The translations under genes and the position numbers were made by a program. From positions 248,001-312,000 of the forward strand of contig JAPETS010000020.1 of the NCBI GenBank assembly GCA_026023565.1: DNA of 64,000 bases, given 5' to 3'. Positions within the stretch are counted from its first letter, which is position 1. Every line of letters begins with the position of its first letter. The stretch is from Cirrosporium novae-zelandiae. Taxonomy: Eukaryota. The notes under the pieces were generated by a model, which was not told the origin of the DNA, ran no database searches, and saw only the letters and a program-made list of their open reading frames with translations. Shown here in pieces: positions 38,262-51,000 of this stretch.

Positions 38262-38737
38262 AACGAATGGATGTTATCCCATATAGACGAAAATGATAGA
38301 GGAAAGCAAAATAGCGGAAGAGAAAGACTTAATAACAGGGAGAATAGATAGCCATTGACCGAAAACATCATGGTCTGTCTGTCTACTCTCCTATTCATTG
38401 TCTAGTCTCGAAGGTCAACAAGTCCAGACAGCTGATTTATGAAGAGACTAGGAAAGTATTAACAATGGTACCTGAATTGGTGATGATAGTAACGATGATA
38501 TGTAGGGCCAGAAGGAAGTGGGGATGGTTAGACCAAAGCTTCTTTACAACAGGCTTCCTTAAGGTTAATTAATTATTCGGGAGATCCGAAGAAGAAGCGA
38601 AGGTGGGGTGTTCGCTTAGCCTTAGGTCACCACTAGTCACGATGGTCACTTAGGTCTTTAAACCAGCACATGACGAGACACCTAGCCACATCGGTACCTC
38701 GGCACTCTTCCCTCTTCCCTCTTAGACAATTCGTTAG

Positions 38738-39454
38738 TTACATGTTGAATATCATGACTTGCATCTGTAAATCTTTCGTTACCCTTATTACTCCAATATC
38801 CCTAAACCCTTTTTTCACATATAATTTGCTCGTGATCGTTGTACTTTCAAGTGTCACAGGAACTCCCTCCTCCTTGGCCGATTCCAAACCCCAGTCTATA
38901 AGCATTGCTCCAATACCTTGATTTTGGAACAATGGCGATACAGCTATGGTATTAAGATGCCAATGGTTATCACAAATATTGGCGCCTTTCATGATTTCTT
39001 CGGCCATTTCATGAAACCTTTGAGCATTTGGTGAAATGAATATTTCGTCTGAACCGCGCTTTTCGACATAGAAAGCTTCTGCACGAAGAAGAGACCTTTC
39101 TAGCTCTGTACCGTCATCTGGTTAATAATTGCATTGTAGGTTTTTCTCTCAAAAGGACCTACTATTTGTCAATGTGTCTTTGTGCCACTTTCGTGGTCCA
39201 CCGATTCTAATCCAGATGGCATACCCTGCAATCTTCATCTTCCCGTTTCCATCGTCTTCCTCTGCAACCATCACCACCTGTCCAGGAGTAGCGAATCTCT
39301 CCTTTATTTCTCTCAGCAAGACTGCTCGAAATTCATCCTTATGTTCAACATGCCTTGGGGCGAAATAATGATAAATCGGTTGGTTCGCGAAAGCTCGAGA
39401 AGCAACCGTCGCAATTGATTGTAGGTCAGATCGTTTTGCAAAACGAAGGTGCAT
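38738..39454 (-). CDS. GNAT family N-acetyltransferase (exons 39454-39163, 39105-38738)
   Basis: IAGYAIW, WHLNTIAVSPLFQNQGIGAMLIDWG (acetyl-CoA binding motif A) and LYVKKGF. A 57-nt intron GTAGGT..CAG joins the two ORFs in phase. Confidence 0.9.
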
Positions 39455-39755
39455 CTTGGTTCCTACTTGATCGTCATGGGGAAAAGAGAAATGAAACTAT
39501 TAATATCAAGGTCAAGATGGCAATACAAAAAGCTATGTACTGAATTTGCGGTTGCCTATTTCATGACTACGGTATAAGGTCTTGACGAGCGGAGAATGTG
39601 CGGAGTTAAAGATGGAACACTAGCCACCCGTGCCACACTACCCGCCTTACCCGACATCAGCCCTGACATCAGCCCCATGGCTGACTGTGTCAGAAAAGGA
39701 CTAATCAGGCTTAACTTCGGGGGCTATTCCCAAAATAGCTTAATCTTTTAATCAC

Positions 39756-39806
39756 AGTCAGGACCAGTCAGGACCATTTAGGACCAGTCAGGACTAGTCA
39801 GGAACC
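39756..39806. repeat. 10-bp tandem repeat (AGTCAGGACC, about 5 imperfect copies); also a GACATCAGCCC duplicate at about 39653-39676
   Basis: Directly visible in the divergent intergenic region between the GNAT gene and the 40259 gene. Confidence 0.8.
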
Positions 39807-40258
39807 AGGGGTTTCTAGTCGGGCACGTGACAACGCATATTTGCCAAGTCAAACCATTTTTAATTATCAAGGCCAAAATTTGAACATGTCTACTCGAGTA
39901 GTATGCAGAGTTCATTGACCTGATATTCTACTGCTCGAAAAATATGATTCGCCTTTCCATTTCCGGTTGTCTGTTTGACACAAATTCTAGGGTTAAAGCT
40001 TTGGGAAATTTTCTTTCTCTCTTGAGCGCTCCATTGTTCACCGTGGCCGGAAATAGCCAACCTACTCACCATGGACAATCATACGAGGAATAGACAAAGA
40101 TGAACTTTCAAAACATAAAGAATTCAAGATATAATAACCCATAATATAGATTCGTTCGAGGTTATTTGGGCGTGACAGTGGTATAAAGGCTTTGCTCCCT
40201 AGTTACCTCTACGATCAATGCTCAAGATATAATCAAATTAACAGGTTTTTTGACTATC

Positions 40259-42124
40259 ATGGCTCCTGTTGCTCCTGTGGCTCATGTAAAGCCTCCAATA
40301 AAATGGGCTAACAAACGAAAGAACCCTCCTCGTCATTATCATCCTCATTTCTTCTATCAATATAAAGAGAACGAGGGCACCCATAATCCTCTTGCTAATC
40401 TTTATTTTCAGTTTACGCCTCCTGATGAGGATGCTATTGTAGTTTCCGGTGAAGTTGCTGGTGGAAGTGTCGCCGCAGGCGGTGCCGGTGGAGGAGGTGC
40501 AGGTGGTGGTGCTGGTGCCGGTGCCGGTGCCGGAAGTGCTGCTGCTAGAGGTGCTGGCGGAGGTGCCGGTGCAGGTGCAGGTGGTGGTGCAGGAGGTGCT
40601 GCCGGCGGAGGTGCCGGTGGTGGTGGCGTCGGTGCAGGAGGTGCTGGTGTTTGGATTGTTCCTAGGTTTCTGCCCAAGATTACACCACCTGCTATGGCTA
40701 CTCCGCCGTATCCTCCAATCCCAATAGGTCCGGCGACGGCAGCCGATCCCGCAAGTGCATTTGAGGCAGCGGAACTTCAAGCAGCAAAAGTTTTTCAAAA
40801 TCCTGCCGGTGTTCCTGCACCTAACCTTGGCAATGCTATACATCCTATATTCGCCTTCGCTAACTGGACGGGAACAAATGTAGCAACGCATGCTGCAATA
40901 ACTCCAGCACTCCAGCTAGCAACGCGTTTCATTGAAAGGGAGGGTTTTTTAATATGGTGGAACCAACTTCTCAGAGGCGAGGGTCACTATGATGTTCTTG
41001 GAGAAGAGTACATAGCGAACACTCACTATAACAGATATGTAAGCGTCGATGCTAATAATATACCCTTTCAAACCTGGATACGGAACGCCCTGAATATACA
41101 TGCGATTGTCCCAACAACACATACGCATACCTTTGGATGGAGCACTCCTACGCTCAGCCTAATCTGGGGCGCTACTGCTGAAACACATCTAGACTATGTG
41201 CAAACTCGGACCTTAGGTCATTGTGTTACGGAAACACTACTACATCCCGACTTTAGAACTATGGTTACCGGTCCCAATTATGCCACATTTAGCCAAGATG
41301 AAAGAAATCGAATCCAATTCTGGATAGCGATAACACTGGTAATGGAATTGTCCAGAGCAATGCATATACCCACGAGAACGACAATAACTCCCGCTCACAT
41401 TGTGGTAGAAAACGAGCCTCGGTACGACTACCGTGATGCAGAAAGGAATATTGGTCTGGCGTGGTGTAACTCAATGTTTGGAGGTATCATCAGGTGCATT
41501 AACCTTGACGAGAATTTCTACACCGACACACGATGTGCAGATGGAATGCTGGTTCGACCTTGGAGGGACCGCGCTAATGTCATATGGCATCAAGGCCGAG
41601 GCGGCGCATTGCCGGCTTCATTTTTCAATAACCTATTTAGGGCGGCTTGGTGGGCTGATATTAATATTGAAACACCAAATCTAGTGAACCAAGTAAAAGA
41701 TGCACAAACTCCGATACAGGCCCGTCATAACTTCACCAGGGGCAGTGCCGAGTGGGTTCGAATTTACCCTACTCCCTTTGTACCACCGGTTGCACACATG
41801 CCTCACTACGATCACCAGTTCTATCGGTTCGCGAGAGAAAAGAAAAATCGTGGGTATACCTATACTTTCGATAGAGCCATGACTGCAGCAACACCGGGAG
41901 GTACAACGAACTATGGCAATGAGAAGGCAAGGAAAAGAATAGGGGACGAGTTAGTACAGAGATATAGGGCACGGATATGGGACCGAAAGGAGGCTGGGGT
42001 TGCTCAGTATAATACATTTCAAATGGCATTCATTACCATCCCAGAATTCATGTACAGACGCAACTTGTGGTGGGAATGGCCTGGCGTTAGCGTTCCGTAC
42101 CGTCCTCTCAGTCCCCCCTCATAG
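40259..42124 (+). CDS. Uncharacterised zincin-like fungal protein with a Gly/Ala-rich tract; the HExxH position reads MELSR
   Basis: Single 621-aa ORF from ATG 40259. It contains IHPIF...W, ITPALQLATRF, RIQFWIAITLVMELSRA, EP and G.AW...MFGG, in the order I recall for a fungal HExxH family. Confidence 0.75.
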   Translation: MAPVAPVAHVKPPIKWANKRKNPPRHYHPHFFYQYKENEGTHNPLANLYFQFTPPDEDAIVVSGEVAGGSVAAGGAGGGGAGGGAGAGAGAGSAAARGAGGGAGAGAGGGAGGAAGGGAGGGGVGAGGAGVWIVPRFLPKITPPAMATPPYPPIPIGPATAADPASAFEAAELQAAKVFQNPAGVPAPNLGNAIHPIFAFANWTGTNVATHAAITPALQLATRFIEREGFLIWWNQLLRGEGHYDVLGEEYIANTHYNRYVSVDANNIPFQTWIRNALNIHAIVPTTHTHTFGWSTPTLSLIWGATAETHLDYVQTRTLGHCVTETLLHPDFRTMVTGPNYATFSQDERNRIQFWIAITLVMELSRAMHIPTRTTITPAHIVVENEPRYDYRDAERNIGLAWCNSMFGGIIRCINLDENFYTDTRCADGMLVRPWRDRANVIWHQGRGGALPASFFNNLFRAAWWADINIETPNLVNQVKDAQTPIQARHNFTRGSAEWVRIYPTPFVPPVAHMPHYDHQFYRFAREKKNRGYTYTFDRAMTAATPGGTTNYGNEKARKRIGDELVQRYRARIWDRKEAGVAQYNTFQMAFITIPEFMYRRNLWWEWPGVSVPYRPLSPPS

Positions 42125-43215
42125 TTACCACCACGACCGTGACGCCGACGACGATTATAGGATGCTGACCCATTGTATCTGGGAAATATCATTCAGAACA
42201 AGCACGAATCTTTCTCACCTTCACAACCTACCCCATAAAATAGAAACCCAGATCAACTCAAGAGGATGTGGTTCGTAATCCCAAACGTTTTGATTCCGAC
42301 CGGAGTGGAGAGCCCTTTTTTGGACATCCCAGCTGCCAGAAAGCAATCGAGAGATTAGCTGTGACTTCTTCTTATCAACCACCTAGGGATCTACTTGCTT
42401 TCCGACTCCAACTAAGGGTCTCCACCCTTCTCTAACGCCGTGAACCCCATCCAACTTCTACAATTCCTGGATGATAATAATGATTCATTTTTTATCGTAC
42501 ATGTGTCGCTTCTAAGCTATGACGGACGTCTATAATTCCCGGAAACTTAAAAAAAGCCCATTTACTCATCGACCAAGGACCCTCACTTCACTTCATTTCA
42601 CTTACCGTAATACGATTAAGTATGACCATCTCAGATTCGGCCTCTCGTCTCCACCACCGACACCCAAAAAACAAACCCAAAAAACAAATATCCCCTTTTT
42701 CATTTTCCAACTCCAATCCTACAACTTCACACCAACACCGAACTCCGATTCTAGAAACCTCAGTATGTGCGTGCGTGTGTTTGTGCTAACTAAATCCTAT
42801 ATGCTTAAAATATGTCGTTATTATTGTATTGCTTTAATAAGTATTATTCTGCCTATAGTGATTTATTTATTTTCCTTGTGTAACGGATAATGTTGTTATA
42901 TTGCTTAGTGATTTTTTGGGGGGATGCGTGGTATGAAATTTGTGAGTCGACTAGATGATGGATGGATAGAAGGTTGATTGAAGGATGAGGATGAATGATT
43001 GGGGGAATGGATTGGTATTTTTTTTTTCATTACTTGAAGATGCTGGTGTTATTGGCTACTTAGGTGGCGATATGGCGTTTTCATTAATATAGAAAGATGA
43101 ACTTTTATTGGGTATAACTAAAGCTTTTTACAGCAATCCTTCCTGAAACTTAGACCTGGTATCCCAACATACACCATACGCCGACGCAAGCATGAACCGT
43201 ACTCCTAACAGACAT

Positions 43216-44229
43216 TTATAATTTACCACCCGCCTGACAGCTCCCAAATCTCGAACCAGAATACAACCACCCAGTCATCCTATTCGCAATATCATTGACA
43301 TAGCTAGCGGTTGAAGTGAAAGGGTAGTTCACGTCTGAAGAATCCACAGAGCCTGAGTTGTAGCAGCGAGCGGCCTCATAGATGTTTCCGTACCTGTTGA
43401 TGCATTGCACGAGTCCGTCGCCGCTCAAAGTTCCCTGGGTGCCATCCATCACCATCTGGATGATGGAGGCTTGCTGGGCGTACGGGGTGGCTGAGTTGCC
43501 GGCGAATACTGCACCGTCGTGTGCTTGCATGATGCCAGTGTTTCTGACCCCGTTGTCAGTGTTGATGACGTTGACACAGCCGATGGACTAGTTGTGGTGT
43601 TAGTTGCTTCTTGTAGATTGGGTGATGTTTATGGTGTTGGATAGGGAATGAGGGGGGAGGGAATGGTTACCTCTTGCAAAATAATGGCGAGGATGAATCG
43701 ATAGTCAACGTGTGAGATTCCGGAAATCAGTTGGATGGCCCCCCGGATCTGTTCGATTTGTTCATTCGAATCACCGGTATCTGTGGCACTCTGTCCGAGA
43801 TTGGTGCAGGAATTTCTCATGGCCCTTATGGCATGGTGGAACATGGCATCGAATGAGATCCAGGACGAGGAATTAGGGAAGTTCTCCCAACCGCCGTAGT
43901 AGCAATCTAAGAAAGTTAACCCATACTTTCAGTTATTAAGTAGGCTTCATAATAAGCATACTGTAATAATCCATTCCATAACTGCTGGTCTCGTTGTAGG
44001 CATTCGAGTTATTGTAGTTGCTAGCGCCCGTAGTAAAGGCTTTACTCGACGCAACTTGTGCGCTAGCGGGGTCATGTGTCAGGGTTTCAAGGGCATTCTC
44101 ACGGATTTTTATGTCATTTCTAGGGGAGATTGGAGAGTATTCGACCGATTTATTAGTAGTATGTAGAAAAGGTGCTGCAATAGTCCAAGAAACGAAAATA
44201 AATACGACGAAAAGCTTCGAGTAGAACAT
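43216..44229 (-). CDS. Secreted lysozyme-like (GH23/SLT-fold) protein (exons 44229-43962, 43906-43671, 43587-43216)
   Basis: Signal peptide, NFPNSSSWISFDAMF, VDYRFILAIILQE|SIGCV (putative catalytic Glu), GIMQ, AARCYNSGS and YVNDIANRMTGW. Two in-phase introns. Confidence 0.85.
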
Positions 44230-47172
44230 CTTAAGGAAGTAGCGACCGGTGAAATATAAACAGTAAGCCCTTGAATGGATAAGGAAGTGGCCTGCTGATA
44301 GACGTAGTTGAAGATAATATGATGGAATGCAGTATTGTCATTTCTCGTGAGTGAAAGGAGGAATGCATTATATATGAAAGGAATTCCAATTCGCAAATAA
44401 CCTTTGCCAGCTCAGGGGGGCTCAGGCCTTTCGGTGGCCTTTTGCTCTATGTTATAAGGTGTATCAACTTTAGGTGCTTGTTAAATCAACTGGCAATTGA
44501 TACAGAAACCGCGAGTTCACCACCGAAACTTTCATAGGCATAGACACGACCTTATAAATTTCTGAGTGTGGAGGTGGGGATATCAAAACCATCAAACGCC
44601 TAAGCTAAGGGTCGGCTACTAACGCAGGTCATGCATGTAACCTTATCTTTATAGAGTTCACCTGTCTGAATCTAAGCAAGAAATGCCTTGACAGAAAAGG
44701 GTTGTTATGAAAGGATTCTGCCCTGCCAGTGAGTGGGGACACGGGAAAACTTGGAGCATCGGAGGTTGACCGATTAGGTAATCAATGACCGTTAACACCC
44801 CTTCAACGTCATGCCAATGCAACATTCATTCCAGTTGCCCTTGGGAGTCTCGTACCTTACATGATTTGAAGCTTACCGTAAAGCTTTATCTTACTCACTT
44901 CTCGTGTCTTGGTTTGATAACTTTATATGTACTTCAATGAAATAATCAGCTAAATAGAGCTTTGGCATCCCCCCGCCCCGTCTTCAATATTTGCGGGAAA
45001 CAATCTGACAACCATCGAGCATATCAGCAAGAGCCGATGAGCTACAGGGGTTGAGAAAGGCTTGACACCCTATCTGGAATATTTAATTTAACATCTAATT
45101 AATATAAGGCCTGATACACGAATCAGACTTGGAGAGAGTGCAATAAGGCTGAACGATGGCTCGATTAGGGTCGGCACGAAGAGAAGGATTTTAGCTGGTA
45201 CCAAATCGGCTTAGAGATTCGAACCGTCTTTGCAGAACTAAAGTTTTGACACAGGAACATATCTCTGAGAAAACATCGATCCTATGGTTTCCCAACAATT
45301 CTCTTTCCGGCAATTATCTCGTCACGTTTTGATCTGAGCTATATTATTTGCAGCTTCTCGGCATTCGTTATGGTTTTTAGTGTCATCGTTACATTTCATT
45401 CTTCTCAATACCAGCAGCCGGAACTCGGTTGACGTTCTCCTGATGACTCAATCCTTCGGCAAGGATCTATCTCTTCCGCTGATACCCTGAGTGTTTTCAG
45501 CCTGTAGCGAAGCAGACCCTGGACCTTGTGACTTGGCATGAACGTTTCCATAACATGACTCTTGTGTATTGAAGTTATTGACCATTGTTCAGAACTTTAC
45601 ATCTAGTAGGCTATTCCCAGACCATAGTCACCGCTGCTAGTACCTATCCCATCAAGTTTGAAGCCCTCCCCAAGCGAATTGATGGCTTTTGGGGCCTTGG
45701 AAATATGCTTATATGCTTAGACGTGGAAAGAAGTAATACTAATGGCCCAGTGTTCTATCGATTGAGTGATTGCAATGCCCTAATCATAAACCTAATTCCA
45801 AACCACTAGGTTAGAGGTCCGTTCTGTGTGGTCGTGGAAACTTTTTGCTAAAGGGGCCAAGCTTTGCCGTTATCAGAGTACCAAATCCTTCAGGCTGATG
45901 GTCCTTGCTAATAGTCAACACCACCGCTAGAGCTTCTTCAAATTTATTCTCTCATGATTTTAGTATTTTGAGGCGGTACCCTCCGTTACTTTATTCTAGC
46001 TTGCAGAAAGAATACCAATGATGGTATGAATATCCATCTTGAGATTATGATAATCAAATCTAATGTCCAAAGAGTTTCTAACAGCACCTCACCCAAAGAA
46101 TTTTATAGGAACTGTCTATGATACCTCAAAACTACTAATAGCATATAGAATACCGAGGCTTGTTGAAATTCTTAATAGATGAAGCACAGCGTTGGTAGGC
46201 CGCTACTATATCGCTCTATCAAACAAGTGTCAAGGCAGTTGAAACTAATATTCCTTGCATATGCTTATTTATGAGAACGATATACCGTTGACGACTCCAC
46301 TTTTGGGTGTGATGAAACCTAAGGACAACTACTCTTATTTCCTTTGAATCCACCATGTTTTCGAGTCTGCTGTTCAACCGCACAATTTAATCTGCTTCAA
46401 CTAGACATGAGTTCTCCTTGACCCTGGTATCTCTACTTATTGGATGGCGGTAATTATCACCACAATCCTTCCAACTCACAATTCAACCGACGAGGCTTCT
46501 GCTTCTCGAAATGTTTGACTATCCAGCATAAGGAATAATATTATTCATAGCACTGCCGCTGAAATCGCAATGTCTATTAACCCTGGCATGCCCTTAAACA
46601 GCTTTGAACCCCTAACCCCCCATGCCATGTCGTTGTTACAATGCCGTCTTGCCTATTTGTATATACCAATTTCTCATAATGACACTAAGAGAAATGCACT
46701 CTGTCTTTCATAGTCGTTTCGAATGATATTTTTCCGTTTGAGCCGCGATTTTGCCTCAGATGTTAGATCACATCTTGACATGTCGTTCCATTCTTCCGTT
46801 TTTGTGATATTACTCTACGAGTCAATTAGCTGTCTTTCTTGTGAATGATGGATCGGTTATGGCCTCATCCCTCCCTATTCAGGAATACAACGTTGCATTA
46901 TCGGAGGGGGACACCCTAGAATAATATGATCGGAGTAGTTGAGAACGGCAAAAGAAAAAATTCCAATTGGCTGTTGATGAAAATTCCATACAGATGTGAC
47001 TTGGTGAGAAGGTCATAGTGAGATCAAAGGTGATTTCCTTGCTCTATAGCTTTATTAAAAAGCTATATAAGAATACTGATTTCAATCCAAAAGTAAAAAA
47101 AGGAACCACACAGTTCTAAATCTCCATTACGCAAAGCCGAAGCAGAATCCCAAACGGATCTATCTATTCAAG

Positions 47173-48022
47173 ATGTTTTTCACCCCAGCACTCACTAACC
47201 TACTGCTCGCGACATTGAGCCTCGCAGTCGCTCTACCAGCTAGTGTCCTAGACAAACGTTCAACGTACATCCCATCCCACCATGACCTCTCCCCCCCCCC
47301 CTCATCGCGAAATACACACTAAAGCCAATACTAATAAAAAAAACCTCTCAACAGCCAATGCGGTGTATCAACCTACTACGATCAACTTGGAGCCGCCGGT
47401 AGTTGCGGTATCTACCACAGTGTAAGCCTCTTCCCCTTTTCCCCATAACCAAAAAAAAAGCTCTAATCATCCATCCCTAATAGGACTCCGACATAATCGT
47501 CGCCCTCGGAAACGCCTGGATGGACAACGAATACCAATCCCCCTACTGCAGCCGTTACATAGAACTCACAAACGAAGGCGGCGGGTCCTCAAACTATGGT
47601 GTCGGAAACGTGGTTATCGCAAAGGTTCAGGATACCTGTCAGGCTTGTGATGAGAATCACGTTGGTAAGTGCATACCGCATATTCATTATAAATAACCAC
47701 CACCAAATCACAACAAGAACACCGTCACCGTCATATTTTCCCGCGATGACCTCCCTAAAAAACACTAAAAAGGCCACACCATAACACTTACATTTACACT
47801 AACTAACTTCCAACGATATAAAATATAGATCTAAGCGAAGGCACCTGGAACTCACTCTCAAGCAACACTCCCCTAAGCGTTGGTACTTTTAATATTTGCT
47901 GGTGAGTTTTTGATCCCTACCCTTAATACTATAAAGCGTACCTACCTACACCTATGCTAACACTTCCTCTTGGGAAAAGGCATTTCTGCGACGCTGATTA
48001 TGCTACTACTGGTGTGTGCTAA
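47173..48022 (+). CDS. Secreted RlpA-like double-psi beta-barrel (loosenin/expansin-like, Asp f 7-like) protein, 151 aa; exons 47173-47264, 47355-47421, 47484-47664, 47829-47901, 47980-48022
   Basis: Spliced product: MFFTPALTNLLLATLSLAVALPASVLDKRSTQCGVSTYYDQLGAAGSCGIYHSDSDIIVALG...YC...VIAKVQDTCQACDENHVDLSEGTW...FNICWHFC... All four introns are GT-AG and in phase. A TATATAA box lies at about 47064. Confidence 0.9.
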
Positions 48023-51000
48023 GTTTGAGTGGTTATGTGGTTATATGGTTTATGTGGTTTTGGGAAAGGGGGATGGGAGGATATAAGGTGGAGAATGAAG
48101 TGAAATGGGGCAGTGGAGCAGTGTAGTGCGGTGAAGAGGGGGGCAGATGAGTGACATTTATATATTCTATGTATATATGTATCTATATTGTATATATATC
48201 TCCACACACACATACATATACACACATGTACATACTTTTCAATTCATGATATATTTAAAACTCCTATATCATGGAAAAAAATTAATCTCGGGGTTATGGT
48301 ATTGGTTATATATACGGATATATATTTGGGTAGGACTCTATACTCACAAACAATCTATCTACCCCTCTTACTGTACCCCCCCCCATATCGCTAATCAAAT
48401 CAAATCAAATCATGTTCAAGCACAAATCAAACCACCCCTATCTCATCCCATCCCTTGCATAACAAAAATACCCTATCTATTATCCGTGCCTTACATACTA
48501 CCCACCCTCACCATCATCCTCAACTTAAAAGCGCAGTTTAATTATTAATTAATTATTGATTATAGAGAAATGGAATGGAAAGGAATAGTACATGTCTAGG
48601 TAAGCAAGACTTAGGGAGAAAGGATAAATGAGGTAGGTGCTGGTTCTAGCTGGGGATTATGGGTTTGGGTGCGTTGGGGATTGGGGAGTGGGATTACTGT
48701 GGGATTACTGTTAGGGAGGGGGGGAGGTCCTAGGTATAGTATAGTACAGTAGCTAGAACCTGTACTTGCTTACGCAAGGTGGTGGCGGTCCTGGGTGAGT
48801 TAATGGGGGTTGAGTGTTGATGTTGATATCCCAATATCCTCATCCATGATCAAGGAAGTTCAAACTACCCTTGAAAGAATCTCGTATGAATTTTTTATTG
48901 ATTGATAACAGTTAGTGGAGAAAGGAATAGTTGTCAGCGTTATTGGCCGATAGACTGGACTAAATAGATGGGCTACCTTAGACGGTCTATAGACCTTAGA
49001 CCGACTAGACCAAGGGGGGTCGGTCTGGTCGGTCTGATTGGTGTGGTTTATCGAGAACGCTGTAGTTGTTGTTGGTTCGTCGGAGCACTCCTTGTTAAGT
49101 TATCAAAAGGTGACTTGGGTTACTGAGTAACCTAGTATTTCATGTTATATTGAGGCATGGTGCAATGCGTAACTCAACACACCTTGGGCTATGTAAGTAG
49201 GATGGACAAAATAATTGCGGGTCTTGATTATTGGTTTACTGTAATGGAAAAAGTAGGAAATTAGTCTTTCAAGTAAAGATGGGTTGGGTGGGTGGATTTG
49301 CTTGATGGGTTTGGTTTGCCATTCTGAATGAAAAAAATATATCCTGAACTGTTGTTGGAGATTGCCCGTTGCACTAGCTTGCTTTGAATGAGTTGAGCAT
49401 AGGAGAGAATTAATGAAATGCTTGCGAAGAGGGATATATGTTGGATCGACGATTCATCCATGCTTGGAATATATCTATATATCTGGCTTACCTCACAAAG
49501 CTGAAGAGGTCCAAGATATATATCTGTGTGACTTGTCGCCAAGAACTTGTTAGTGGAATTTTCTTTCATGAGCATAATTTACTACAAGCAAGCAGAAATT
49601 CTGCTCCTGTCCCCTTTTTCGGATGCCATAAATACCAGGTTGGGTTCGATTCCCAAGAGCGTTAGTGATTGGTCAAACTGGTGTCAGTGTTCTTCTCCCT
49701 TCTCTTATGTTTCCCCAAACTAGTCAGAGCAACTTGCAGTTTAGAGCTACATGATGCAAAACGATGCAGAAGTGACTTGCATGGTGATACACCACAACTT
49801 GCAAAGGGCACCGTTTTTATCGATGCGAAGCAAGGACCACCAATCCCGTATGTCCAAGATCAACAGATCCATATGTAGTTAGTATAAAGGTTTATACTTT
49901 CTAGACTAGATGCGAAAATCGACTATATCGTGCATGAAGCAGGGCATATACAAGGAGTGAAAGGCCTATTAAATGTTATTTGCATTGCTGACATAGATGA
50001 CATGGTTATTTTTAGTCACGGAGGAGAGGATGGCCTATTTGGAGCTTCCTTGTTTGGCGTTGAGTATCCGTGATCTCACTACCGTGAACTATTCGTTGGT
50101 GGTCGGTGATGTCGCGCAGAGGGAGGTACTCGAGTAGAGTAAGAAGCAGAAGAAGCAGAGGAAGTAGGGGGGCCTGAGGGGGTAATTAAACTAAAATTAA
50201 GGTTATCGGAAGTGGCTGAAGTGGCTGAAATCGCTGAAATCACCCCCCTAATCAACCAAAACTACTGTACCACATCATGTTTATCATGCTGTCATGGGCG
50301 GATGTCGTGAGTAGATATCATGGGTAGATGCTGTAAACATCGTGTCTGTTCGCGTCATGTGTATCCAAATGACGTGCTCCTTTTTTCCTCATCCCGTTCC
50401 TCACCCTTGTGGCCTTGACAATAAAGATATATATTCATATTGCTTCATTCCCCCACGGAGCTTTCTAGACACTAAACAAAAACTTCATTTCCTGACTTTC
50501 TTTAAAGTTTGTTAGCAACCAGCACCAGAAACCCCTGGGTCACCACTGACAACCTGTCCGTGATTATCCACCGATGGGCGCCTCCTCGTCACTTAAAATT
50601 AACCGAGCTGATAACGAAATACCAATCAAATAATTTTCCCTATGGTTGAAACTTAGATACTTGCTTGTATCTTTGTATCTGTGCCCGATGACACAACGTT
50701 CTCTCCACTTGTTGCACTGTCGGGATTATGGTGGTGGTATCAGGAAATGTGAATCATCCTATCAATGCCGGCAAACGATTGATTTGTCCCACTGTTGATT
50801 TTCTTTCGGTTCATGGATCTAAAACGAGAATCCCTTTTCAGCATTGCTGATCCCTTGTCAGTGAACCCTTGGAGTGGACTTATTTTGTCGCTGGGGTGGG
50901 GAATATCGTTTCCTTGGGAGCACATCAATACTGTTTCTGGGAAAGACTCAGGTACCAGAAATGGGTTGAATGTGAATTCAATGTTTTACTGGTCTGTGCA

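Noticed and set aside
40238..40891. Thr/Cys- or Pro/Ala-rich minus-strand ORFs
   Set aside because: They are antisense to the Gly/Ala repeat.
44400..46900. Long, moderately GC intergenic stretch that might be a gene relic
   Set aside because: The frames I translated have many stops and no recognisable motif.
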